The notes beneath the pieces are model-generated. The model saw nothing but the letters and a program-made list of their open reading frames with translations. It was not told where the DNA came from and ran no database searches. The position numbers and the translations under genes are program-made. DNA of 64,000 bases. Source: Camelus ferus. Taxonomy: Eukaryota. The DNA is taken from assembly GCF_009834535.1 (NCBI RefSeq), contig NC_045712.1, positions 34,534,001 to 34,598,000 of the forward strand, given 5' to 3'. How positions within the stretch are numbered: the stretch's first letter is position 1; the number at the start of each line of letters is the position of its first letter. This document shows positions 35,901 through 47,591 of this stretch, in pieces.

Positions 35901-36177
35901 TGATCAGGCATGTGGGAGGCTCAGGGAACGGGGGCTGAGTGACGGGCGCTTCTCTTGCTCAGAGTCAGCGGGCTTCTTCTCGGAGATGACAGAGGACGAG
36001 CTGGTGGTCCTGCAGCAGATGTTCTTCGGTGTCATTATCTGCGCTCTGGCCACGCTGGCTGCCAAGGGTGACTTGGTCTTCACTGCCATCTTCATCGGGG
36101 CTGTGGCGGCCATGACTGGCTACTGGTTGTCAGAGCGTAGTGACCGTGTGCTGGAGGGCTTCATCAAGGGTAGATAA
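28993..36177 (+). CDS. CRELD1: Cysteine-rich with EGF-like domains 1, 10 coding exons
   Basis: Coding segments: 28993-29166 (exon acceptor at 28974), 29395-29477, 31953-32063, 32349-32440, 33149-33325, 33410-33505, 34447-34530, 34719-34814, 35028-35162, 35963-36177. Total 1263 nt = 420 aa. CHTC motif, DNFGGGNTAWEEE, EGF/cbEGF repeats and two C-terminal TM segments ending FIKGR. Confidence 0.98.
29535..30560 (+). mobile_element. L2 LINE relic interrupted by the SINE at 29761
   Basis: gcatttattcaacaatatcattgaacatctgtagg start, then L2-typical ctgagatgggtgaaactgagg and gtcatcagcatag segments; approximate. Confidence 0.6.
29761..29860 (+). mobile_element. tRNA-Ala-derived SINE (short form), inserted into an L2 relic in a CRELD1 intron
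   Basis: GGGGAGGGAAATAGCTCAGTGGTAGAGCGCATGCTTAACATGCACAAGGTCCTGGGTTCAGTCCCCAGCACCTCCA plus an (AAAAC)n tail. 14-bp TSD AACAGAGACCTGAG at 29747-29760 and 29861-29874. Confidence 0.92.
30960..31615 (-). mobile_element. Old L1 (L1M-type) 3' fragment containing an N gap (31257-31474)
   Basis: tacattcacagtgttgtgcaac...cttcttttacttagcataatg...aggaactgccaaactgttttccatagtggctgcacc are L1M 3'UTR/ORF2-end motifs in antisense. Confidence 0.8.
32889..32916. repeat. Poly(A)28 tract in a CRELD1 intron
   Basis: Seen directly. Confidence 0.9.
33865..34290. mobile_element. MLT1-type ERVL-MaLR solo LTR relic
   Basis: gctaagctgctgtaacaaa...gtggcttaaag...gtttattttt and cacatcacttctg...acatcctgctggccagaac...ggccacacttggctgcaagg are recalled MLT1 hallmarks. 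Confidence 0.7.
35480..35850. mobile_element. MIR SINE relics in the last CRELD1 intron
   Basis: caacttgcccagggccacatggcaagcaggtggcagagctggg (MIR core) and ttgggcaaacctcttcacctctctgagcctcaggttcccattt (MIR, opposite sense). Confidence 0.7.
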
Positions 36178-36433
36178 TCCCTGCCACACCTGCAGGATCT
36201 CCTCCCGCCTGGGCTGCCCCCGAGGTCAGGACTCTCCTGCCTGGACACTGGAGGCACTTGCTTTATTTTTGAGAGTGGGGTAAGTACCCCCAGCCCACCT
36301 TACAGAGCAGCCCGGGCACCACAGCCTGGGCACGTGAGGCCTCGGCAGTGGAAAAGCAGCCCCAGAGGTGGGCGCCGTGAGGTCTTGGCCCGAGTGCACT
36401 GGGCAGGCTTCACAATGCGTGTGGATTTTTTAA

Positions 36434-36616
36434 AATAAAGTGTCTCCTCGTGGTGGCTGCTAGTGAGCTTTGGCCCCTGCCCAGGATGGGGAGGGGTCCC
36501 TGCAGGGATGGGCCCATCACAGCCCCCTCCTGCCAGCTGCATGCTGCCAGCTCCTGTTCTGTACTCACCTGCCCCCCAGCCACTGATTTATTTATTGATT
36601 CATCTCAGGAAATAAA
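36434..36616 (+). terminator. Two CRELD1 polyadenylation signals
   Basis: AATAAA at 36434-36439 and 36611-36616. Confidence 0.65.
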
Positions 36617-37177
36617 GGTCTTGGAAAATGGAGAAGCTGCAGTCTTACTACCTGCCCCCACCTGCCATGAGTTGGCCTGAGTTTCTGAGGGCCCCTCCAC
36701 CCTTGGGGAAGTTTTTTAAAACCCTGGGAAATTGAGGGCTACCCCCATGGAGGACAGAGGAAAGGCTTGACCATGAAGGGGTGTTAGGAGAAAGGGGGAT
36801 GGAGGGACCAGGCTTAGGAGTGGAACTTTCTCGGTTTAGTACCAGCTCTCATTTGCCAAAGGACCCTGGACAAATGGCTTTCATCCACTCTTCTCATCTA
36901 TAATGGACACGAAAATACTTTCCACTCAGGCTTAATGTGAGAATTAAGTAAGGTGACAAATGTGAAGAGCTGAAGACAGTGTACAGCAGATAGATGTTCC
37001 ATAAAATATTGGGAGCCATTATTTCTAAAGCCTGCAAGGGTCCAGCGCCATTTACTCTGCAAGCCCTCCCCTCCACAGTAAACACAGGACCTGCAGTTAC
37101 TGGGATGTGGGCCCTGCTACCTCTCCTCTGAACAGGATCCTGCGTGGCCAGAGGGAGGCATGAGCGAAGTCGTAAGG

Positions 37178-37183
37178 TTTATT
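37178..37183 (-). terminator. Probable PRRT3 polyadenylation signal
   Basis: TTTATT on + (AATAAA on -), about 350 nt past the PRRT3 stop. Confidence 0.6.
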
Positions 37184-37536
37184 TCTTTGGCACAAAGAAC
37201 AGTCTGGACAAGCAAGCCTCATCTCCACTGAGGAGTCGGGAGGTGGGGGGATATTTGGGGCACCTGGACCCCATTTTCCATTCTCCAGTCCGTGCACGTC
37301 CACCCTGTATTCCGCTTAAGTCACGGCCTCTGTGCAAAATACTGGAAAAAAATAGAGATATTTAAAAAAACAAAAATCAAGGGGTGAGTTCACCCAGGCT
37401 TGTCTCCGGAGGCTGCAATCAGGTGGAGGCCCAGGAATACTCCCGGAATGTTTTGCAAATATTCAACTGTCCCGGTTGGTCATGCCCGTGTAGGGCCATC
37501 GAGGCGGGGGCCCTGGTCCTGAGTTTCTGGACCCCC

Positions 37537-40500
37537 TCAGAGTTCGATGGTGTCACTGGAGGCGCTGCGGGAGTCCCCGGGCTTGCAGGGAGGCTGGACC
37601 CTACTCTGCGGCTCCCCAGGCCGGGCAGGAGCAGGGGCAGGAGCTGGGGAAGACAGTAGCTGCACCGTGCTGGGCAGCTCGTCCAGGGGCAGACTGTCCA
37701 CCGACGACAGCCCGTGGCGCCACGGGTTCCAGCTGATCTTGAGTGAACCCCGGGAGAAGCTGTCCGCGGAGCTGCCAGAAGCCGCCGGGTCAGGCTCGTC
37801 CACCACATGTTGGGGGACCGGCCCGCGCATGCGCACGTCGCTGAGCGACCGGCAGCGGCCGCGCAGGAGGGAAGAGCCCGAGCCGTCGAGCTCGGCGTCG
37901 GGGTGGCTGCCTCGGCGTGGCCGCAGCGCGCCCCCGGGCGGCGGGGAGGCCAGGCCGCAGCGCCGGAAGACGCTATCGCGCACCAGGTGCTCTCGGAAGA
38001 GCGCGGCGTCAATGCTGCGGCTCAGGTTGATGGGTGATGGCGGCCGCAGGTCCAGCTCGCTCATCGACGGCGCCGGCCCCACGCTGCTGCGGGACAGCTC
38101 CGGACCACCCTGGGGACCGCGGCCCAGCGACGCAGAGGAACCCCAGGCGCCTGAACTGGGCGTGGCCGGCGGCCCACCCTCCGCTGGGTTGCGGATGAGG
38201 CTCTTACTGATGTCCAAGGTACCTGCGCCGACGCCACTGGGCCCCGCATAGCAGTTGTTGGGCCGCTCAGGCACCTCGGTCTTGCCCGAGGGCGTGGGGC
38301 ACGCCAGGCGCAGGAGCTTAGCCCAGCAAGCGTGCTCCGTGGGCGGCCTGGGCCGCGCGGCGGCCACAGCGGCCAGCCCCAGGGTGAGCGCCCACGTCAG
38401 CTCCAGCAGGCGCAGCCAAAAGTGGACGCCCCACCAGGCCCACGAGAAGCGGCCCACCCGGCCCGGGCCCGGGTACAGCCAGAGCGCGGCCGCCAGCTGC
38501 AAGCCGCTGGCCAGCAGCCCCAGCGCGCCCGCCACGGCCAGCAGCCTCGGGCCCGGGCTAGCATCCCAGCCCCTCGGCCCGTCCAGCAGGCGGCGACGGC
38601 ACAGGCAGAGCGTGCCCAGAGCCACGGCCGCGCCCCAGGCGCACGATAAGCCCTGAGCCAGGAGGTTGAGCGCAGGCCTCACCGACAGCAGGTCTGTAGC
38701 GAGCAGCCCCACGCCGTGCACCAACGCCAGCGCTCCCAGGAGGAGCGGGTTCTGCAGCTGCTGTGGCAGCCCCGCGCCCAGGCCGAGCAGGGTCAGGGCC
38801 GCCAGCGCAGTGAGTAGCAAGGGGAAGGGCAGATTGTACAGCACCAGGCCGGCGCGTAAACCCAGCCGTGCCTGCGAGCCATACGGGTCGGTGAGCATGT
38901 AGGCGGATCTCAGCCCTGACGCCACCAGCACCAGCACCGCCGCCACCAGTGCCAGCCGGGGCCCCGCAGGGGCGGCTGCCAGCGAGGCCAGTGCCAGCAA
39001 CGCGGGCAGCAGGAAAAGCACCCCCACCCCGTAGACATGCAGCTCCCAGGAAAAGCTCAGCACCCGCCGCAGAGGACCCCAGCGCAGGGGTGGTGCGGTG
39101 GCGTTGGCCGGGGGGCTGGAGGCTGGGGCTGATGCCATGGAGCTGGCTGAGGGCTCTGGAGGGGGTGGCTGGCCCAGGGCGCGCTGCGTGGTGACCCGAA
39201 TGAGGCCCCGGCGTGACGTCGAGGGGGCCTGGACAGGGGGTGCTGGGGGATGGCTTTGGGGGCGCCCAGGCCACTCCTCGGCTTCATCTGCAATAATAAC
39301 AATATTAAAATAGCCCTTTGAGAAGTGCTTTAGATTTTCCATCATTCTCTGGTGTGGTGAACAAGTTGTTTAACTTTTCCAAGCACATCTGTAAAATGCG
39401 GGTGGTAACACCACCTCCCTCATGGGGTTGTGGTGAGAGTAAATGTATAGCTTAGTGCCCAACACCCAGTAAGTGTTAAACGGATGGGAGCTATTATTCT
39501 TATTAACATTCCCACAGTTCTCAACAGGGGCTGCATATTAGAATCACCTGGAGATCAACTCAAATCAGAATCCCCTGGGCCTGGGCCTGGGCATTGGAAT
39601 TGTTTAAAAACTCCTCCAGTGACTTGTAGGAGTTGGAGAATCACTGTGCTAAATACACCTGTTACGTTTAAGAATTTTCTAGCCCCCAGAGTGCAAATGA
39701 ATTCTCCTGGAGTATCCAGTGAGTATTAGTTTATTATCCTAAGTTGTTTGAAGGCATTCTTTACCAGTTCCTTTAAGGAGGTGTTTGTCCCTATTCACTC
39801 CCCACCCCACCCCCCGTATATACCTCACACAGGTTCCTAGTTAATAGACAGAGTACCCGCTCTCCCCAAACCCCCAGCCGTGCCCTCACCTGGCTTCAGG
39901 GCTCCCACAGGGCTCTCTGTTCGGTTTGTAGTTGGGCCAGGGTCGGAGGGGCCAGGGATGAGGGACTTGGGGGTACCTGGGGCCTCCACTGCTCCTCTCA
40001 CCCGCTGGGGGGAGATGGGGTCTGCTCCATTCACTGCTGCTATCTCTGAAATAACAAAAGCAGTCATCACTTTGCCTGACTTCCCAGCGTTCCCCAAAAT
40101 CTCATCCCCCAGGAGGGAGGCACAATCACCCTCATTTGCCAGAATGAGGAAAGCGGAACCAAGAGGGACCAGAGGTCACGTGGAAACTGGGGCATCTGGC
40201 TGCCCTGGAACACTGCCCCCCCAGCCCTGCTCAGCACCCTAACTTTGATACCCACCTGGCTTGAGCTGTGCATCAGGAGTTTCTGTGGCTGGAGGACCTG
40301 AGTGCTGGGGTCCCGGTGAGCCCCTGACATCAGGGAGATCAGCCAGTTTGGGTGAGGGACTTGGAGAACTGACTTCCCAGGTCTCCCCATCTCCAGCCTT
40401 CTTGGGGAGCTCCAAGGGCAATTCGTCAGCAGGAGGAAGGCTTCTGGCCAATGCCAGGTCTGGCTGGGACCCAGGCTCCTGAGAGGATGCCCCCTCAGCT

Positions 40501-41276
40501 GGGGATACTGAGCCAACATCAGGGGCTGCTGGATCCTGCTGGGTGGTGAGAGGGCTGTGAGCTGTCTCCTGGACGTCCTCCTCACCCTGGCCCTGTCCTT
40601 CCAGCACTGGCCTCACAGTAGTGCCCAGGTGGGGCGCAAGCGTGTGGGGAGGACCCTTGTGTTCCCAGGGGGATGTCTCTGAGACCCTTGTCTTGTCTTT
40701 GGCCACCACCAGACTCTCATCTCCAGATGGCCGCTGTCCCACTTGGCCTCCAGGCTCCCCGGGGGTGGGGGGAACCGTGGCCATCCCAGGTTGGAGCGTG
40801 GAAGTTGTGGGGATCAAAGTGACATGGGGGGCGTCCACTGGATAGGGGACAGGTGCTTCTTGCTCCATAGGCTCCTGTGGTTCAGGACGTCCTGTCCAAC
40901 CCTGAGAACTTGGCCCTCGAGCCACCTGGAGGTCATCAGTTACCGGGAGTCCTTCTCTCTGAACCCCATGGGCTGCTTTAGGTCCATGCAGGGCTAGGCC
41001 GAAGGAGTCTACGCGCCTCTCAGGCACTTCCTCAGCAAGGACCTGGGAGACACTGGAGTCCCCGGGGTTCTTGTCTCTGGGCTCCTCCCAGAGGAAGTCG
41101 AAGGCCTGGGGCTCTGTGCCAAGAGGGCCCTTGGGGTGGGCTCCTGGGATCAGATGTGGTTCCGAGTCCTCAAGTGGCCGAGGAAGGCCCCGGCCCAGGG
41201 CAGGGCCAGACCCCAGGGACAGCAGCAGCAAGAGCAGCTGGAAGCCACACACACGGCCCCACGGGCTGTGGGCCAT
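37537..41276 (-). CDS. PRRT3: Proline-rich transmembrane protein 3, 3 coding exons
   Basis: Coding segments 41276-40256 (exon acceptor at 41333), 40045-39890, 39287-37537; phase 1/1 junctions; 2928 nt = 975 aa. Signal peptide [19 protein letters not shown], Pro-rich ectodomain, 7-TM-like block ([18 protein letters not shown]...), C-terminus SASSDTIEL. Confidence 0.97.
39514..39646. mobile_element. MER5A-like hAT-Charlie element in PRRT3 intron 3
   Basis: cagttctcaa...gctgcatattagaatcacctggaga...cagaatc...ttggagaatcactg, with both degenerate TIRs. Confidence 0.75.
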
Positions 41277-41353
41277 GGTCCACTCTGATGCCTGGGCCTA
41301 GAGCCCTCAGCTTCCAGTCTTCACTGGATGAGCCTAAAAAAAAAAGGAGAGGG

Positions 41354-41514
41354 TGGGAGAGGGTAGAGCTCAGTGGTAGTGTGCATGCTTAGCATGCACA
41401 GGGTCCTGGGTTCAGTCTCCAGTACCTCCATTAAAAAAATAAATTAAACCTAATTACCACCACCCTAAAAATTCCTCCCAAAATAAACAAAAAAAAAAAA
41501 AAAAAAAAGAAAAG
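41354..41514 (+). mobile_element. tRNA-Ala-derived SINE inserted in the polypyrimidine tract of the PRRT3 exon 2 acceptor
   Basis: GGGTAGAGCTCAGTGGTAGTGTGCATGCTTAGCATGCACAGGGTCCTGGGTTCAGTCTCCAGTACCTCCA plus tail and poly(A). 12-bp TSD AAAAGGAGAGGG at 41342-41353 and 41515-41526. Confidence 0.92.
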
Positions 41515-42199
41515 AAAAGGAGAGGGGGATGGCACATGAGGGTTGGGCCTCCCATGGCTGCCCCAAGGGGGCTGGTGGGAAAGAAAGGAGCAGCCCTTAC
41601 CCCCTGCCCACCCCTTCCTGTCCAACCTCTTTATGCTGCCCAGAGTGACCTTTTAAAACTGCATCTGTGGTCACGCCACTTGCCCTGCTCTGCTGGCAAA
41701 TGTTCAATGGCTCCCGACTGCCCTCAGGAGAGAGTATCAGCTCCTCCCCTGGCCTTCTAGGGCCACATCAGGCTGCTCACATATCCCTCAACACCCACTG
41801 CACTGTCTGATGCCCCAGGCCTTTACTCCTGCTGTTCCCGTAGGCTGGAATGCCTCTCCCTTCACCTGCACTTGCTGAAATCCTAGTTTGTTTTTTTTTA
41901 AATCTTCTTCTTGAAGGCCCTGCTCAAACATCAGAGAGGTAGAGAGGGAGAAGAATATGCCCTTGCCTTTGAGGAGAGACCTGGGTTTGAATCCCAGCTT
42001 CATCATTTCCTGGGTGAGTTACTTTACCCTCTGCATCATGGTTTTCCCATCAGTAAAATGGGTTTAAAAATCGTACCTAACTCAGAAGGGTTCTTCTAAG
42101 ACTTACATAACACAACACATGGGCCAGGCCTGTAATAGGAACTTAATAAGCATTAAAGCCCTTTTACTTTTCCCTTTGGCCAGAAATCTTTTTTTTGCC

Positions 42200-42760
42200 A
42201 CCAGCCCCCTTAACTCTTTCAACAAATAATTTGAGCACATACTGTTTGCTGAGCCTTGGGATAAAACAGTGAACAAGACTGACAAGTTACCTGCCCTCAG
42301 GGAGCTGGCATTGTAGGTAGGAAACAGACGATCAATACTTGTAAATAAAGCGAGCTATGGTGAACATAAAACGGGGTTAAGAGAGAGAGGGATGGGGGCC
42401 TACTTTACTCAGGGGTGCGAGAAAGCCCCTCTCAGGTGACTTTCAGCTAAACGTTGAATGGGAAGGAGTCAGCCACGTGATGATATCAGGAAAAAGCATT
42501 TGGAGGAGGGAACAGAAAGGCCCTTCAGCAGGAATGAAGAGCACAGCAAATGCAGGAGGAGAGAGCATGGGGAGATGAAACCAGGGGGGAGGTGCCTTCT
42601 CAAAGCTGAGAAAAGGCACCTGGGTTTTATTCTAAAAGTGTCCCAGGAATCCAGTGGAGATGTTAAGCATGGGAGTGACCAGATCTGCTAAGTGTTTTAA
42701 AAGGGGGAGAGAGGCCGGTGCAGAAATCAGGTAAGCTAGGACGGTGGCTTGTTTCAGCTT
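42200..42760 (+). mobile_element. L2 relic in PRRT3 intron 1
   Basis: ttcaacaaataatttgagcacatactg...gttaagcatgggagtgaccagatc, an L2 3' pattern. Confidence 0.6.
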
Positions 42761-43769
42761 GGGTATTTCTTTCCCTGACACCCCCTCCACCCCTTCCCGT
42801 CACCCTGGTCTCACAGGGTGATCATCTCCTGTCTCCCCCACCGGCCTGGGGCTTCTCGAGGGCTGCATCTCTTATTTCTTGCCTCCAGGTGCATGATCCC
42901 CAGGTGGATAGTCTGGGGAGGCAGGAAGGGACCCCCGGCCAGGAGAGGGGGGATAGCGGCTATGAGACCCAGTGCCCGGGTATGTTTAGTGCCTGTTCCT
43001 TCCCTCTGGGAAGCAGGTGTGCTCAAAGCTCCCTGCTTCCTAATCCTTGGTGGCTCGCAGACACCTCGAGAAGCTGAAGAAAACTCCAGGCACTCTCCCC
43101 AGGGAAATGCCTAGGCCCAACAGAGCTTGTGGATAATTTCAGGGGGTTTAGAGACCCCCTTAAACCTATCCTCCAAACTGAGCTTTAGACTCTGTCTTGT
43201 TTGTTCGTTTCTCAAACATTCACCAAGCCCCTTGCTCTGCTCCTGACCCAGGCTAGGTGCTGGGGACCGAAAGAGAAGTCTCCGTTCCAGTGTCAGGAGT
43301 CAGAGTGAGCTGAGGGAGCAGGACTGAAAGGCCACTAACACAGGTCCTGGTTAATAATAGTACTCTTGTGTGAGCTCTTACCCAGTTAGACGCCTGTGCT
43401 AAGCTTAGCTACATGTCCTGGATTTCATGCACTCTTCCCAATACAAGCGGCTGTGGCTACACCCGTTTCACAGGAGAAAAAAAATGAGGTTCAGAGAGGT
43501 TGAGTAACTCGCCCAAGGTCACACAGCCGGCGAGTGGCCATACTAGGGGCTGTGAAACCCGCAGTGGCTCATTTTACACGGGGCGTCGGAAAGCTTTGCA
43601 GAGGAGGAGACTTCAATGGTAAGCATATACCATCTGCTCACCACCCCCAATCCAAGAGATGTAGTCATCTCTGGACTAGGAGGGGGCTGCCCAGCCCTGG
43701 GTTCCAGCTGCTGAAGAGATATATTTTTTGGTTGGTAGGGGGAAGTGGTTCCCCTGCCCCCAGGGACTA

Positions 43770-44150
43770 GGGTGAGGGCCGCCGCAAGGCAGCCTCCAGG
43801 AGCTGGTCCATCTCAGGTTACCTCTCCTTCTCCATCCCTCCCCTGGCTCCGCGCCTTCCCGCAGTGTCCCCGGTGGGGGTGGGCGCTCGTGCAGGCCCAG
43901 CAGCTCGCGCCTGAGAGGGGGGCTGCAGGCCATGCCCCCTGCCTGGGACCCCGCCATCGCCTCCTCCCTAGTCCAGCTCCTCACCTGGGCTCCGCGCCGG
44001 CAGGCAGCCCCCACGTTCACCTTGCGCGCGTCCCTGAGGCCGCTCGCCGCGCCGCATCCTCCGAGATGCTCAGACTTGGCTAACAGAGCCCGGCGCTGCC
44101 GATCGCGATCCCGGAGCCCGCCCACAGGAGCGCCATCCCCGGTTAACCCT
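43770..44150 (-). promoter_or_regulatory. CpG island / non-coding first exon region of PRRT3
   Basis: CpG-dense block about 2.6 kb upstream (minus strand) of the exon 2 acceptor, with strong minus-strand donors (e.g. CAG|GTGAGG at 43985/43984). Confidence 0.7.
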
Positions 44151-44399
44151 TTCCCCTTAGGGGTGGATTTTTCTCCCAGTCCTGACCTCTCCTCTCTCAG
44201 ATTCTCAGGGCCAAGAAGAGGACCGAGGTCACCTCCAAGCGATGTGGAAATCACTTCCGCAGCATCCCTGCAAAGGGGCAGCCAGTCTCTGGGACGCCTC
44301 CTGGGATGGCGAGCTCACTTCCTTTGCATCTCTAGACCTATCTCCTTATAGGGATACATACAGGCTACATACGATCTACAGGTTAACCCAACCTACAGC

Positions 44400-45400
44400 T
44401 TGACGTGTATCCTTCAGTTTTTTCAAGGCACAGTCACATGTATATTTTAAATGGAAATGAGATCACACTACATATTGCTCATATTGTAACTTGCCTTTTC
44501 CCCCTTCACTTTGCAGTATATCCTGCACACTTTCCATGTATGTTTCTACAGATCCATCTCATTTCTTGCATTCACTATTGGAGACTGCCGCATATGGTCA
44601 GCCTGACATTTTTATTTATCCAGTTCCCGGGGTGGGACATGTATGTTGTTCCTAGCCTTTTGCTAGCAGGAATAATGAAGCAGGGACATTCCTGCCTAGA
44701 CATTTGTTGTGCACATGCACTAGTGTACCTTTCAGATAATCTCCTACCTGAGGCACGGTTAGGACTCTGGGTCTGCACATTTTTGGGTGTGTCTGTCAAA
44801 ATGCTCCTGCTCCCTCTTTGGACAGCTCCCGATGTACTAAATATCCCCCATTCATTTCAATGCATTAAGAGAAATGCCCACTAGGAATACATTTGGTTAT
44901 TAAATAGAATGTAAAATCTTTATTGGCACGGAGACATGTTCAGTGTAGATTGTTTATTTAAATTTCACTCATTTGAATTATAAAAATAATATAAATGGAT
45001 TGTCCCAATTCAAGCAACATGGAAGTATTCAAAGCACACGTGAACTGTCTTATCCTTGGCCTCTCTGACTCTGCAACCCAGATGTACCCTCTTTTAATAC
45101 TGTTTCCTTTGCATCCTATAAAAATATATATGTGCATGCATTTTACAAAATGGGATCATACTGTGCCTAATATTCCGTAACTTTGTTTTGCCTTACGCAG
45201 ACATATGTTGGAAACATTTTTAAGGCTATGCGTACTAGCCCCACCCTTTCTTTCAACCAGCTGCACAGTATTGCATGATGTGGGTGTTCTATCAGTTTCT
45301 CAAACCCTCCCAACATTCCCCTACCAATGAGTAATCAGGTGGTTGACAGCCTTTTTTTAGCCTTTAATTTTCCCTAGAAACAGTACTGCAATAAATATCT
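44400..45400. mobile_element. Ancient L1ME-type fragments
   Basis: AT-rich gatcacactacatattg / ctgcacagtattgcatgatgtggg / cagtactgcaataaatatc motifs; approximate. Confidence 0.45.
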
Positions 45401-45899
45401 TTACATACTGATATATGCATTTTTACTTGCTGATATTCTAAATTCTCTCAGATAATTATTTGTATGATCCCATTTTTGTTAGTATCTGTCTGTCTATCTA
45501 TCTGTCTTATCCTTAAATATTAGAAGGTAAATAGTGGTTGATGTGATCTTTATCTAATTTTGCTTTTCTGTTTACCAATATTTTATACTACCATGTATTT
45601 CTTTTGTGATTAGAGATAAGAATGACAAATATTATTCTAAAAAGAAAGAAAATCCTGCCTAGAATTGAGCTGAAATCTCCCTCCCAGTGTTTTCCCACCT
45701 GTGGCTCTCACAGAAAACCAATATTCAGCCCTTAGTTGTGTCTGACATGTTCCAGTTTGAAGGGTGTTCAGTCCCTCGTAGCTGGTAAATGGTGGAGCCT
45801 GAATTTAGCTTTTCTAAGACTGGGAGAAATTCAGGCTTTTTCCATTTCACCATGTCATCTGACCAGCTTTACTTTTTTTCTTGTGGGAACCCCTTCAGG

Positions 45900-46340
45900 A
45901 TTGTACAGGCATCTCATTTCTCTAGAATTTTCTCCCTCTAGATCAAATGTTCCCAGTTCTTTTAGCCTTTCCTTGAAGGACAGGATTCTGGGTTCTCACC
46001 ATTGTGACATCTCTCCTTTCTTTGATTTTTACCAGGTCAACAATGTTCTCTTTAAAGTGGGACTCTTGGAACTGCACCTAGTTGAGAATAAGGCTGAACT
46101 TTCACCTCCCCTTTCCAGATCCCACTCCTCTATTAATATGACCTCACACTGAAGTCATGTTTCTGTCAGCCACATCACTTTATTGCCCAACTGGGTCTTC
46201 CCCATCTCTTTGAGTGATGTTGGTTTCTTGAGCCTCACTGTAGGATTCCACATTTGTTTGCTGCTTATTTTATCTTGTTAAGTCTAGCCAGTTGTTCTGA
46301 TCTTGTGGGAAGTTACCTGGATCCTGGTTCTCTATATAAT
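45900..46340 (-). mobile_element. CR1/L3 LINE relic
   Basis: tttaaagtgggactcttggaactg...cacctccc...ctattaat...tcagccacatcac...attttatcttgtt...ggatcctggttctc follows the recalled antisense L3 3' consensus. Confidence 0.55.
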
Positions 46341-47591
46341 AGATAATTGGCATTTTTAGTATTGTCCAACATCCCTCTTCCTGACAATGTCTTAATTTCC
46401 TTTGAAGGACCTACACTTTTCCCCTGTGGGCAGTCATGGTGGGAGGGCAGTTCTGGGGGCCCACTACAGAAGTTGAGGGGTCCAGGTCCCTCCTCTTAGA
46501 GCCTCCTCTGAACTGTCTGATGAGTCTCCTTTGGAGATGCCTAAATCTCTCTGCAGGCTGGGAGCTGGTTAGGTTCCCTTGGGCAGTTCCCCTGAGGAGG
46601 GCAGGGTGTGTGTGCTGGGACCACTCATCCATGCCCCTGCAGAGTCTCACTGGCCTGACAGCACCCAAGCCCTTCAGTTCACTCAGGATCATCTGGCTGC
46701 TCCCTGGCTGCCCTTTTTGGAGCCAGGAGCTCCAATCCCATTGTGTCTCCAAAGCACGGACTGGTATGGGTTTTGAGATTCCAGACAAAGGCAAGAGAGA
46801 TTATGATCCCTTTGTCCAGAGGCCAAGATGAAAGCTGATCCAATGGAAATAGGAGAATGGCTGGGGGTGGAGGTGAATGTAAGTGGGGAACGTGGAGTGG
46901 CAGGTATAGGTGAAGAGTATCCTGGCTCTAAAAGGAGCTCCTAGCATCATCCTGGAGACTCTGGGACAGCGAGGATGAGTAGGGGGGTGACTCCAGGCAT
47001 ATGGGGTGTGGCCAGCAGTTCCGTTTACCAAGTGCTTAGTCTGCCAGGAGCTATGCTACACACCTTACACGAGTTATTCTTTTTAAGTCCTCACAGCAGT
47101 TCTGTGTATTATTTTGCTCTCCATTTTATAGCCAGCATGCTCAAGCTCAGAGAGGTTAAGTAATTTGTTCAAGGTCACACAGCAAACAAGACGACAAGCT
47201 GTAAGAGCCAGTGCTCTTAACAGCAACGACACCACCTCACCCCTCTGGAAGAATCTCAGAGAGGGGTAGAGGGAGATGAAAACCCCAGGCCTTCCAGGTA
47301 GCCCCTGCTATGTTAGGAGTTTGAGTCTGAAAATAGGCCTCCAACTGAGATCTCTGGCAGGCGTGAGCAGAGAAACAAAAGGCGGAACAGGGGGGAGATG
47401 GCTGGGCCAGGCGAACCTTCTCTGTGCTCTGCTCACTGCCCTAACTCTGAGTGCATACACAGTTAGACTCCTCCACTGAACTGGCCAAATTGGGCCTCAA
47501 GGGTTCCTGGAGGCTTGACTCATTCTTTCTCAGATTTTAGCCTCCAGAGATACCAGTTAAGTGAACCTAATCTTTTTTTGAAAAGACGAAT

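Noticed and set aside
37547-39274. Long alternative-frame and antisense ORFs over PRRT3 exon 4 (37547-38251, 38255-38656, 38558-39274)
   Set aside because: Expected stop-codon scarcity in a CpG-island coding exon; mirror frames of the real CDS.
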